A stretch of 64,000 nucleotides of DNA from a virus, in IMG/VR virus record IMGVR_UViG_3300015371_000004, positions 51,950 to 115,949 of that record, one strand, 5' to 3'. The stretch's first letter is position 1. Every line of letters begins with the position of its first letter. The notes under the pieces are model-generated. The model was given only the letters and a program-made list of their open reading frames with translations. It did not search any database and was not told where the DNA came from. Shown in pieces: positions 37,184-46,831 of this stretch. The translations under genes were made by a program, and so were the position numbers.

Positions 37184-38938
37184 ATGAAGACAATCCCTGA
37201 AGTCCTCGCCGAGGCACGCCGGACCGGCGACGTGAGCTTGGCGCCCTGCGCCTTGCTCACCGACGTCTTCGATCTCGGCCCGCCCTACAAAGTCGGCATC
37301 CTGCACCTGCTGCTCCAGCGTCGGCTGCTCCTCAACGATCCGGTGGGCACCGGCAAGACCGCCTGCGCGCTGGGCGCCTACGCGTACTACCGGCAGAAGG
37401 CGCTCGGCCGTCTCGTCGTCTTGGCCAATGACTCAGCGCTCTTCCAGTGGCAGGCCGAGGTCCACCGGCTCACGACGTTCAAGGCCGAGGTCTACGGCTA
37501 CAAAGGGAAGCAGATGCTGGAGCCGGACGCGCGCCGCGCGCGCTACCTCGCCAGTCCGGCTGACGTCTGGATCCTGACGTACGGGCTGGCCGCTCGGGAC
37601 ATCCCGACGCTGCTCCAGCACCCGTTCATTCTGGTCTGCGACGAAATCCAGTTCATGCGCGGCAGCGGGCAGCGGCGCAAGGTCGTTGAGATCGTGGGAG
37701 GCCGAAAGCACACGACGTGGAAGGCGGCGCTCCTCCACCCGGCCGCACGCGCCCTGAGCACCCGGGCGATCGGGGCGTGGGGACTCAGCGCCACGCCCTT
37801 CATGAAGCAGATCGAGGACGTGCACGGCGTCTACGACGTCCTCGTGCCCGGGCTCCTCGGCACGCGGCCCCAGTTCCAGAAGCGCTACATCCGGACCATG
37901 AACCTGACCCGGAAGGACGGGCGCACCTTCCCGAAGGTCATCGGCTACATGAACGAGGCCGAGCTGACCGCGAGACTCGCGCCCTACACGCTGGCGCGCG
38001 ACGAGGGCCAGCTGGCCGCCTACCTGCCCAAGGTCCTGCCGCTCCGGCGGGTCGATGTCGAGCTAGGGCCCGCGCAGCGCGCGCTCTACGACCGGATCCT
38101 CACCGAGTTCCCGGGCGGGACGCCGACGGCGGGCGAGAAGCTCGCCGCCCTCGTCCATGCGCAGATGGCGACCGACGCGCCCGCGGCGCTCGGCTATCCC
38201 AAGGTGCCCTCGGCCAAATGGGAGGCCCTCAAGGACTTTCTGACCGACGAGACGGCGGGCAAGCAGGCCGTCGTCTACACATTCTTCGCCTCCGTCGCGC
38301 GCTGGCTCCACGAGCAGTGCACCGCGGCAGGCATCACGGCCGGGCTCATCACGGGAGACCAGAGCACCGTCAAGCGGTTTGACGTGCAGCAGGCCTTCCA
38401 GAAGGGTGAGATCCGCGTCGTGATCGTAACCTCTGCAGGGATCTATGGGGTGAACCTCCGGGCGCCCGTGTTTGTGTTCTACGGGCTCCCGTGGGTCTGG
38501 GGCGACAGTATTCAGGCGGTCGGCCGAACCCGCCGACGCGTCACGAACGGCCATCCGGGTAGCCTCATGGTCCTTGCATTGCTCGCCACCAACACGATGA
38601 ACGAACACGCTCTCGCTGCCTTGCGGCAGAGTCAGGAGGCCAACGAGCGCCTGTACGGCCCGATCCGGAATTCATCAAAACATTCAGCGTTAAGGACGAT
38701 TCCGGAGAGCACGATGATGTCGAGTAGTACGATCAGTACTACGAGAGATCAAGATCCTACTTTAAGTACTCAGAGATCTTTGGATCTTGATTTTGATCTG
38801 AAGAGTGAGGGGGATGAGTCTGATGGGCTCAAGGGCCTCTCGGACTCGTCCTCCCTCCATGCCCTCTTTGCGTCCGTGAAGCGGGGAGTGGCCCCCGAGA
38901 CCGGGCCCCTCCCGGAGTTCTTTGCGGACGCCTCCTAG
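37184..38938 (+). CDS. SNF2-family helicase/ATPase
   Basis: NDPVGTGKT, QWQAE, LTYG, CDEIQ, LSATP, SAKW, AGIYGVNL, QAVGRTRR. Confidence 0.85.
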   Translation: MKTIPEVLAEARRTGDVSLAPCALLTDVFDLGPPYKVGILHLLLQRRLLLNDPVGTGKTACALGAYAYYRQKALGRLVVLANDSALFQWQAEVHRLTTFKAEVYGYKGKQMLEPDARRARYLASPADVWILTYGLAARDIPTLLQHPFILVCDEIQFMRGSGQRRKVVEIVGGRKHTTWKAALLHPAARALSTRAIGAWGLSATPFMKQIEDVHGVYDVLVPGLLGTRPQFQKRYIRTMNLTRKDGRTFPKVIGYMNEAELTARLAPYTLARDEGQLAAYLPKVLPLRRVDVELGPAQRALYDRILTEFPGGTPTAGEKLAALVHAQMATDAPAALGYPKVPSAKWEALKDFLTDETAGKQAVVYTFFASVARWLHEQCTAAGITAGLITGDQSTVKRFDVQQAFQKGEIRVVIVTSAGIYGVNLRAPVFVFYGLPWVWGDSIQAVGRTRRRVTNGHPGSLMVLALLATNTMNEHALAALRQSQEANERLYGPIRNSSKHSALRTIPESTMMSSSTISTTRDQDPTLSTQRSLDLDFDLKSEGDESDGLKGLSDSSSLHALFASVKRGVAPETGPLPEFFADAS

Positions 38939-39518
38939 GTTCCGGGGCGGTCGGCCGGGACAGACGGCCGCGCAAGCGGGCTGGGAACTTCGGCGCGCAA
39001 GACGAACGGGCCGTCCCGGGTCAATGTAGCCGGGGGCGGCGATTGGGAGCGCTGGAGATTGCGGCTCGGCCGCCAATTCTGCGTTGGGGGAATACACGGT
39101 ATGGCAATCTGGTTGGTCCCAGTGACCGTGACTGAATACGGCCGCCGGGCAAGGGTTGAGGCGGACACCAAGGTCGAGGCGATCCGCAAGGCGCGCGCCG
39201 CCGACTGGGAAGAGCTGCTTGACGCGGAGCGCTACCGTGTCCGCATCGCAGGGCGAACCGAGCCGGAGTTTGTCGGCCACACGAAGCGAACCCCATGACC
39301 CACCTCGAAGCCTACGAGCGGGCCGCCAAGATTTGGGGCCATGACCGCATCCTGAACGTCCACGTGACGGTTGGGGGCGGGGCCGATGTCGAGCTGAAGC
39401 CGGGCATGTCGTGGGAGCCCGGGCCCAGCGTCCGGGGCCACCTCATGTGCTGGCACGTGCTCGACTCGAATGGGCACCCTGCCTGTCATGACGAATGCCG
39501 GAAGCTGGAGGGCTGACG

Positions 39519-39740
39519 ATGGCATTAAAGCGCAACGATTCGTGTTTTCAGAAAGCGGCTGACGACGAGCCGATATTCACCTTGCGGGCAAAGGACGTCC
39601 TCGCGCCGCAGATTGTCGAAGCATGGGCTGATCTAGCACAGCGTCACGGCACGCCAGAGGCGAAGCTCACCGAGGCCCGAGAATGTGCTGTGTCGATGCG
39701 CGTCTGGCAAATCAGCCATACCGCGAAGATCCCAGACTGA
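39519..39740 (+). CDS. small phage protein (DDEPIFTLRAKD motif)
   Basis: GGAGG RBS; motif familiar from small phage proteins. Confidence 0.6.
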   Translation: MALKRNDSCFQKAADDEPIFTLRAKDVLAPQIVEAWADLAQRHGTPEAKLTEARECAVSMRVWQISHTAKIPD

Positions 39741-39750
39741 AGGACGGGAC

Positions 39751-40167
39751 ATGCCTGAGACCATCATGAACCTGACCTCAGGCCGCGCGCCACGGCTGAC
39801 GGACCCTTTCACCGACAGCCTGCTCCTCATCTGTCGGCTGCTGGTCTGCCGGGGGGAGGGACGATTGCGGCTGGCCTACGCCGAAAAAGACGAGACCATG
39901 GACTTTGACCCTGAGGCACAGGAGCATCTGAAGCTCGACGGGAAGCGGCTGGGTCGGGACATCCGGGTCTACGGGTTCATGGGCCGCCTCTCTGCCGTAG
40001 GAGAGGGCACGGCTCTTGGGTGCTTTGCCGAAGAGATCCTCGCGCCACTCAAAGTGGCCCGGCCGGAGGCGTTCACGGCGACGCTGCCTGCCATCCGCAA
40101 GCTGAGCCTCTTTCTGGTGGAGGAGCTACAGCAGGACTGGGTCAACCTCTGGGCGGAGGAGAACTAA
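39751..40167 (+). CDS. hypothetical protein
   Basis: ORF in plus operon. Confidence 0.55.
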   Translation: MPETIMNLTSGRAPRLTDPFTDSLLLICRLLVCRGEGRLRLAYAEKDETMDFDPEAQEHLKLDGKRLGRDIRVYGFMGRLSAVGEGTALGCFAEEILAPLKVARPEAFTATLPAIRKLSLFLVEELQQDWVNLWAEEN

Positions 40168-40381
40168 TGGGGCGCCTGCAGTTTGATTGCACCGAGGACG
40201 TCTTTCTCGACCGTGTCTTCAACAGGCGGGCCGTGTCGGGTCCTCCGTCGATCTTTACCACCCTGCGCGACGTACTGATCGACCACGTCCACGGGACGGT
40301 GTCGATCATTGTCGAAGACCCGGAGGTCGCCGACATCCCAGAGGGAAACAAGCCCTACCCGATTCGGTTGGACCCGATCTG

Positions 40382-40960
40382 ATGAGCAAAGGCCTGACCC
40401 CGCTCCCGGTTCCAGCACAGGTGGCCGCGGCAGCTGCCCGCTACCGCCAGCAGGTGGTCCATCTGCTCGACCAGCTGAAGAGCCCGCTGACCCCGGCCCA
40501 GAACGCGGTCGCCATCCTCGGCGCCCTCTCGGCGGCGTGGGTGGAGTTTGCCGTCCATGGCCATGACCTCGTTACGACCGGGACCGACGAGGACCGCGCG
40601 CTCTTTAGCAAGGCCCGGGCGGTCTACGCCAACCAGATGTGGGCGATTGGCGGCAGCGCGTCCCCGGATCTGGCGGCTGACGCGATGGGCTGGGTGAAGC
40701 CCAGCAAGCACGTGCTGCTGCTCCATCCGGACGGCCGATCCGAAGAGGCCACGATCACTGAGGGCACCGACCATCGCGCGCTCCTCGGTCTCTCGAAGTC
40801 GGCGTACGTCGAGATTGTGCCCCTGCCGGACCGCCGCCTCTTGGCCTTTTCTCCCCAGCGCGGCGAGGTCAACGTCGAGGCCACCAAGCTCCTCCGGAGC
40901 GTCAAGCCCGCATCGGTCGCCATCCGCGGCTGCGCCCTCGTCACGCGTGACGTAGAATAG
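40382..40960 (+). CDS. hypothetical protein
   Basis: 3' part of ORF 40187-40960 from ATG 40382. Confidence 0.55.
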   Translation: MSKGLTPLPVPAQVAAAAARYRQQVVHLLDQLKSPLTPAQNAVAILGALSAAWVEFAVHGHDLVTTGTDEDRALFSKARAVYANQMWAIGGSASPDLAADAMGWVKPSKHVLLLHPDGRSEEATITEGTDHRALLGLSKSAYVEIVPLPDRRLLAFSPQRGEVNVEATKLLRSVKPASVAIRGCALVTRDVE

Positions 40961-41163
40961 GCGGCATGCTGACACTGGTCCTCGCGTGGGTGTGCGTGAT
41001 CTTCGCGTTGGTGATTGGCCTGCAGCAGGCGCTCGCCGCGCCGCGCAACAGCCCACAGCTCTGGTACGCGCTGGCCCTCATCACACTGGCCATCGCGATG
41101 ATCCTGACCACGAAGCTCTGGCCGCTGACCTCGTAAGGGGTATAACAGCCGCGGACGTTCCTT

Positions 41164-41751
41164 CTGGGCACCACGCCAGCCTGCTCGACGTGTGGCGATA
41201 GCAAGCACATCCGAACCCCCGCGGGCTGGCGCCGATGCGCGTGCGCGCGCCATGCGCAGGTTCTCCCGGTCATCCGGCATGGGGAGGAGGCCTTCCCGGA
41301 TCGCTACCTGACCGACCTGCCCTTCCCGACCGACCAGAACCTGCTCTACATCGGCGACGTCGAGCACGCCTACACCGACTGGCGCTACCGGGTCTGGCGG
41401 TCCGTCGTGGACTACCACCGGCTCTACGAGTACCTCGACGCCTACCGGATCGTCGAGATCCACTTCGAGAAGGACGACAAGTACCAGACTGAGCGCGAGC
41501 TGGTCTCGCTCGACCTGCTGATCGTGGTGCTGGGGCTGGCCGAGCTGCAGAACCGGATGCTGGGCCCGATTGTCTGCAAGGTGCTCACGCTCCGCCAGCA
41601 CGAAGGCCGCCCCACGTGGATCTATCTCCCGATGCTGCTCGGGAAGGTGCGCGACGTGTACGGGGAGGCCCTGTCCACGCTACTCGCGAACTTCCCTAGC
41701 GTTCGCCCGGGCGTCAGCGTGCACGCGCCGCGCAACGTGTCGCATATCTGA
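41164..41751 (+). CDS. degenerate DnaC/DnaI-like helicase loader with probable non-canonical start
   Basis: open frame from 41146 with CSTC...CAC Zn motif, NLLYIGD, SLDLLIVVLG, RQHEGRPTWI; adjacent to DnaB. Confidence 0.6.
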   Translation: MGTTPACSTCGDSKHIRTPAGWRRCACARHAQVLPVIRHGEEAFPDRYLTDLPFPTDQNLLYIGDVEHAYTDWRYRVWRSVVDYHRLYEYLDAYRIVEIHFEKDDKYQTERELVSLDLLIVVLGLAELQNRMLGPIVCKVLTLRQHEGRPTWIYLPMLLGKVRDVYGEALSTLLANFPSVRPGVSVHAPRNVSHI

Positions 41752-43235
41752 TGCAGCTGCCCGACGCCGTCCTTCGGAGCGTGCTCAGGCTCCCGGCCGA
41801 CGATGGGGCCGTCATCGAAGCCAACTTCGTCACCGTGCACGCCGCGGCCGACGAACTCCTCGATGCGGGGAGCATCGATCGGCAGCTCATCGAGTTCACC
41901 GCCGACGTCTTCCAACGGTCGAAGGGCTACCCGGACTACGCGCTGGTCTACGGCCACTTCCGGGGCAAGGCGGATCAAGGGGACGGCGTGGCCATGGCGG
42001 TCGCGACCCGGCTGGACCTCGTCACGGTCTCACCCCCGGCGCTGCTCCTCGGGGCCGCCCTCACGTATGCGCTCGATCAGTTTCGGGCGGACGTCTTCGG
42101 TCAAGCGCTTGGGCAGGCGCTCTTTCAGGCCAGCCAGATCCTCGGATCCGGGATCGATCAGACCGTCATGCACCACGGCCAGCGGATCACCCAGCGGCTG
42201 CAGGGACCGCAGCACGCCTACGATTTCCTGTCGAACGAGATGGGCCATCTGTCAAAAGTGACAGTCGGCGCGCCTGCCGAGGGGTCGCTCCATGAGGACA
42301 CCGAGGCAGTCTGGAAGCTCTACGAGTACCGGCGGGATCACCCGCTGGAGACCGGGATCCTCTCGGGGATCGACACAATCGACTCGGCCCACCATGGCCT
42401 CAGGCGCGGGGATCTGGCACTCGTCCTCGGGTTCACGGGGCACTTCAAGACCACGTTCACGATGAGCTGGGCCTACAAGGCGGCCATCCGGCAAGGCAAG
42501 CACGTCGCCGTCGTCTCGTGTGAGACGGCGCTCGATGATCTGCGCGCGATCTTCTACGTAATGCACGCGACCCATCCGAAGTTTCAGGATGACCCCAGCT
42601 ACCTGACCATCAGTGTGGACGCGGTGGTCCGGGGCACGCTGACCCGGGCGCAGGAGCGCTTCTTCAAGCACGTCATCGACGACCTGAAGACGAACACGAC
42701 GTACGGACGCGTGGTCTACCGGGAGCCCTCGGCCGACATGACGGTCGCCGACATCCAGCGCTGGGCCGAGGCGCGCAACCGCGAGACCGAGATCGCGCTC
42801 CTCCTCATCGACTACTTGGGGCTGGTCAAGCCCAGTGCCTCTCTGCGCGCCGCCGACACCGGCTCCCGGCTCAATGACGTGATTCGATCGTCCAAGCTCC
42901 TTGCCATGGGATTTGCCGCCGGGCGCGGGGTATCACTCCTCAGCCCGTTCCAAGCGAGTCGCGAGGGCTGGAAGAATGCGGAGAAGGTGGGCGGCAAGTA
43001 CCGGCTGAGCGATTTCTCGTGGGCGAACGAAGCCGAGAAGAGCGCCGACGTGATCTACTACGTCTGGCTCGACGATCTGCTCCGCAGCTCGAAGGAACTG
43101 GCGATTGGCAATCTGAAGACGCGGGTGGTGCCGATGATTCCCGATCAGTTTCGCATTTTCGTGGACCCGGTGACGCGCCTCGTCGACAATCTCGACCTGA
43201 CGTCGCCTGCGCAGGCACCCGTCGACATTTCGTGA
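41751..43235 (+). CDS. dnaB: DnaB-like replicative helicase
   Basis: SGIDTID...GLRRGDLALVLGFTGHFKTT, VSCE, LIDYLGLV, FQASR, EAEKSAD. Confidence 0.85.
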   Translation: MQLPDAVLRSVLRLPADDGAVIEANFVTVHAAADELLDAGSIDRQLIEFTADVFQRSKGYPDYALVYGHFRGKADQGDGVAMAVATRLDLVTVSPPALLLGAALTYALDQFRADVFGQALGQALFQASQILGSGIDQTVMHHGQRITQRLQGPQHAYDFLSNEMGHLSKVTVGAPAEGSLHEDTEAVWKLYEYRRDHPLETGILSGIDTIDSAHHGLRRGDLALVLGFTGHFKTTFTMSWAYKAAIRQGKHVAVVSCETALDDLRAIFYVMHATHPKFQDDPSYLTISVDAVVRGTLTRAQERFFKHVIDDLKTNTTYGRVVYREPSADMTVADIQRWAEARNRETEIALLLIDYLGLVKPSASLRAADTGSRLNDVIRSSKLLAMGFAAGRGVSLLSPFQASREGWKNAEKVGGKYRLSDFSWANEAEKSADVIYYVWLDDLLRSSKELAIGNLKTRVVPMIPDQFRIFVDPVTRLVDNLDLTSPAQAPVDIS

Positions 43236-43245
43236 GGAGGGGCCT

Positions 43246-43509
43246 ATGACACGGATACCCGGGGAACCTCAGACACCCGAGGTACGGGGGAAGGGACAGA
43301 AGATCGGCAACCTGCATCGGGACTGTCGGGTCTACCGGTACGAAGACGAGCAGCCTGAGACATGGTACGTCGTCCCGATGGCGGGGACACCGGCTGCGGC
43401 GCTCTTGGCCAAAGATGCGGCTGGGCGCTGGCCGACCTTCCCTACCTACGAGGCGGCGACCGCGGCGATCGATGCGGTCGTGCCGGACCTGCCCAGCGCC
43501 TTCAAGTGA
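43246..43509 (+). CDS. hypothetical protein
   Basis: GAGGAGG RBS. Confidence 0.55.
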   Translation: MTRIPGEPQTPEVRGKGQKIGNLHRDCRVYRYEDEQPETWYVVPMAGTPAAALLAKDAAGRWPTFPTYEAATAAIDAVVPDLPSAFK

Positions 43510-43522
43510 GAGGAGACCTCTT

Positions 43523-43723
43523 GTGAACGGACGGATTACACGCTTACTCGTCGACAAAGGGTTCGGGTTCATTCAGGACGCCGAGGGCACCGAGTACTTC
43601 TTCCATCGGAGCGCCGTTGAGGGCGCGGACTTCCGGCTGCTGGCTGAAGGGCAGACCGTCATCTTCGATCCGGAGGAGGGTCAGAAGGGTCCGCGCGCGG
43701 CCAACGTCAAGGTCCAAGGCTGA
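43523..43723 (+). CDS. cold-shock domain protein
   Basis: KGFGFI (RNP1), YFFHRSA (RNP2), EGQKGPRAANV; AGGAG RBS before GTG 43523. Confidence 0.9.
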   Translation: MNGRITRLLVDKGFGFIQDAEGTEYFFHRSAVEGADFRLLAEGQTVIFDPEEGQKGPRAANVKVQG

Positions 43724-43725
43724 CC

Positions 43726-44244
43726 GTGATTTCGGCCGCATGGTTCTCGTCGCAGATCACCATCTTCCAAGTGCTCGAAGCCTTGGGGGTGGGTGACGGC
43801 GGCCCGGAAGAGACGCGCCAGATCGCCTGCCCGGTCCATCAGGACCGGCGGCCCTCGGCGCGCGTCTACGGCGGCGACGAGAACCGGCTCTACTGCTTCA
43901 CCTGCGGTCGGGGCTGGGACGTGGTCGGCCTTGTCATGGCCGTCCAGCACCTGACCTACCCAGCCGCGGCCGACTGGCTGATGGAGACGTTCAACCTCGG
44001 GCGGCCGTCCGACCTGCCCGGCCAGATCCGGCAGGCGCTCCTGTCCACAGCGACGTCGATCCAGCCGCTTTTCTCGATGACCGAGCAGGCGCTCCGGGAG
44101 TCCCGATTGACCATGGGGTGCGACCGCTACACCCGGGCCTCGATGGCGCTCGACGTCGTGCAGGAGCTGTACCTGACGAAGGCGATCGACCGGAAGACCG
44201 CGCAGCAGGACCTGACGCGCATTCTTCGTTTCGTGAAGAGGTGA
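43726..44244 (+). CDS. CHC2 zinc-finger (primase Zn-binding domain) protein
   Basis: CPVHQDRRPS...YCFTCGRGWDVV. Confidence 0.8.
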   Translation: MISAAWFSSQITIFQVLEALGVGDGGPEETRQIACPVHQDRRPSARVYGGDENRLYCFTCGRGWDVVGLVMAVQHLTYPAAADWLMETFNLGRPSDLPGQIRQALLSTATSIQPLFSMTEQALRESRLTMGCDRYTRASMALDVVQELYLTKAIDRKTAQQDLTRILRFVKR

Positions 44245-44608
44245 GCATGACCGACCCCGTGCAGGGCCGCCCGCTTCGCGTACTGCGCAAGCTGAACGTC
44301 GGCTACCGCCGCTATTCCAAACGGATGGACCGGCTACGTGCGCTCCGCGCCTCGCCCCCGCGGCGCCGGGTCAAGAAACCGGGGAACCGGCGATGACCGT
44401 CCGACTCCTAATCGAGCTGCTGAAGCAGGCGCCGCCGGACGCCCTTGTGGTCAGCCCAGACTCCGGCCAGCTCTTCGAAGTGAACGCGTACGAAGACCGG
44501 AAGGTGCATGTCCTGCACGGCCGACCGTACCGGTGCGATGGGCCCGCGTTCGGCTGCATGCACTGCGGAGTGGGCCACACCCCGGTCGCCGCGATCTATT
44601 TGTAGCCC

Positions 44609-46816
44609 GTGTTCACCGTTCTCACCGACGACCAGTCGTTTGTCGGCGGCGCGCGCTCGTGGATGGCCTCCACGGACTACCGGCTGGCCACGTCTCCCGA
44701 TGACCTCTGGAACTACGCCGATGGCTATCTGCAGCGGGGGATCTCCCCGGCCGCCGACTTCGAAGCCACCGGGCTGAACGTCTGGACCGACAAGATCGTC
44801 GGCATGTCCCTCAGCTTCGAGAAGGGGCACGGCATCTACGCGCCCTGCCGCCACTTCGAAGGCGCCGAGTACAACATCCCCGTCCCCACGCTCGTCGAGG
44901 TCATCGACGCGATCGACAAGCGCGCCGACGAGTGCTGGTGGTACCACAGCGACTTCGACCATGAGATGGCCCGGAACGACTGGCGGTGGCAGCCGACGTT
45001 TGGCAAGTGGCGGGACGCCATGATCGGCGTCTTTCTGGAGTTCCCGGACGCGCTGACCCACGGCCTCAAGGACACGGCGTACCGGCTGCTCGGCTGCGAG
45101 CTGATCGAGTATCTGGAGATCATCGGCTACGTCAAGCGCAAGGGGCAGCCGATCCCCGGGTTCGAACGGGTCCATCCAGTCGATGCCCCGTCCTATGCCT
45201 GCGCCGACAGCGACTTCACCCGGCGGCTGGCGCGGCTCTCCATCGTCCAGAAGGCGATCAAGGACCAGTCGCTCATCTGGGATCTGGAGCACAAGATCCT
45301 GCCGCCCATCCGCGCCGGGATCGACCATGGGGTCCCGACCGACGGGATCTACCTGACGCTGCTCTCGGCTGACGTGCGCCGTCAGCTGGCGATCCTCGAA
45401 CAGGAGGTCAAGGAGGCGCTGGGCGTCCCCACCGACTTCAACCTCCGGAGCCGGGAGAAGCTGGGCGACCGGCTCGAAGCCCTTGGCGTGCCGGTCGCCG
45501 AGCGGGTCACAAAGATCAACCCGCGGACGGGCGCCGGGTTCATGTCGACACGGAAGGCCACGCTCGACCTCCATGCGGACCGGTTCCCGTTCTGCGCGTC
45601 CCTCGTGAAGTACGCCGAGCTGGGCGCCGCCGAGCGCAATTACATCCGCAAGGCGATTGCCGCGCGCGACCACTTCGGCCCCAAAGTCCGGATTGCCTTC
45701 AACACCATCGGCGCGCCGACCGGGCGCATGTCCTCCGGGGGCGCGGGAAGGACGCAGGCCGAGGCGTTCTCGAAGGGGTACGCGAACCTCAACGGGCAGT
45801 CATGGCCGGACCCGGAGAAGAAGGACTACCTGCCGGACGTCCGGGCGGGGGTGAGCGTGGCCGCGCTCGACACCGACGAGTGGGTCATCGTCGCCATCGA
45901 CTACGAGCAGGTCGAGCTGCGGGTCCTCGCCAACGTCTCGGGCGAGGAGGTCTGGGCGGAGTCCTTCCGGAAGGGGATCGACATTCACCGGACGACGTAC
46001 GCCACGGCCCACAATGTCCCGGTCGCGACGGTCGACAAGCCGAAGCGCAAGAAGGGCAAGACGCTCTCCTTCGCGATCGTCTATCAGGCCACCCCGAAGA
46101 CGGTCGCCAAGCAGGCCGGGATCCCGGAGGCCGAGGCCGACCGGCTCATCAAGGCCGTGCTCGACCGCTGCCCGCGCCTGAAGAAGTGGGTCCTCGCCAC
46201 CAAGGCCCATGCGGCGGCCTACGGGTTCGTCCAGACGTTCTTTGGCCGTCGGCGCGTGCTCAAGCATTACTTCGGGGGCGACTACTCCACCAAGGCCGCG
46301 AGGAAGCTGAAGGCGCAGGGGGAGCGTGAAGGCGTGAACGCGCCGATCCAAGGGGGAGCGGCCGACGTCTTCAAGATTGCCGTCTACAAGGTCGCCAAGC
46401 TCCTGCAGGGCCTACGTGCGGAGGAGGACTGGATCCCGATCATGTGGGTGCACGATGAGACGGTCTCCCTTGTCCGCCGGAGCCGCCTGTACGAGCTGCT
46501 GCCCAAGGTGGTCGAGACGATGGAGTTCAAGGTCAAGGGCTGGACCGTTCCCCTGAAGGTGGTGCCCGAAGTGGGCTGGAACTGGGGGCTGGACGACCGG
46601 CGCAACCGGGGCGCAGGGCTCCTCTCGTGGGGAACATGGTGCCAGCGGTACCCACCGGAGACGGCCTCGACGCCCTTGGTCTGCTGGCTGCCCGCCTCAG
46701 CCTACCCGGCGCCGCCGCCAGCCCCAGCTCCGGAGCCCGAGGACGAGACGCTCGACGATCTGCTCGATGAGGACCTCGACGACATCACCGATGCGCTCGA
46801 TGGGGACTCGGGGTAA
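44609..46816 (+). CDS. polA: family-A DNA polymerase with 3'-5' exonuclease
   Basis: DFEATG ExoI, YACAD ExoIII, TGRMSS, IDYEQVELR motif A, KTLSFAIVY motif B, NAPIQG, WVHDE motif C. Confidence 0.92.
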   Translation: MFTVLTDDQSFVGGARSWMASTDYRLATSPDDLWNYADGYLQRGISPAADFEATGLNVWTDKIVGMSLSFEKGHGIYAPCRHFEGAEYNIPVPTLVEVIDAIDKRADECWWYHSDFDHEMARNDWRWQPTFGKWRDAMIGVFLEFPDALTHGLKDTAYRLLGCELIEYLEIIGYVKRKGQPIPGFERVHPVDAPSYACADSDFTRRLARLSIVQKAIKDQSLIWDLEHKILPPIRAGIDHGVPTDGIYLTLLSADVRRQLAILEQEVKEALGVPTDFNLRSREKLGDRLEALGVPVAERVTKINPRTGAGFMSTRKATLDLHADRFPFCASLVKYAELGAAERNYIRKAIAARDHFGPKVRIAFNTIGAPTGRMSSGGAGRTQAEAFSKGYANLNGQSWPDPEKKDYLPDVRAGVSVAALDTDEWVIVAIDYEQVELRVLANVSGEEVWAESFRKGIDIHRTTYATAHNVPVATVDKPKRKKGKTLSFAIVYQATPKTVAKQAGIPEAEADRLIKAVLDRCPRLKKWVLATKAHAAAYGFVQTFFGRRRVLKHYFGGDYSTKAARKLKAQGEREGVNAPIQGGAADVFKIAVYKVAKLLQGLRAEEDWIPIMWVHDETVSLVRRSRLYELLPKVVETMEFKVKGWTVPLKVVPEVGWNWGLDDRRNRGAGLLSWGTWCQRYPPETASTPLVCWLPASAYPAPPPAPAPEPEDETLDDLLDEDLDDITDALDGDSG

Positions 46817-46831
46817 TACTCAGGCGGCACA

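Noticed and set aside
38982-39010. GGAACTT as a sixth ECF promoter
   Set aside because: No CGTCTAA at 17-nt spacing
33948-42936. GGGGTATTAC (33948-33957) and GGGGTATCAC (42927-42936)
   Set aside because: Intragenic and far from start codons; not counted as promoters, though they could be internal ones
11754-46816. Inteins or introns in RecA, DnaB or PolA; stop-codon recoding
   Set aside because: Lengths and motif spacing are normal; genes are intact in the standard code with TAA, TAG and TGA all used as stops
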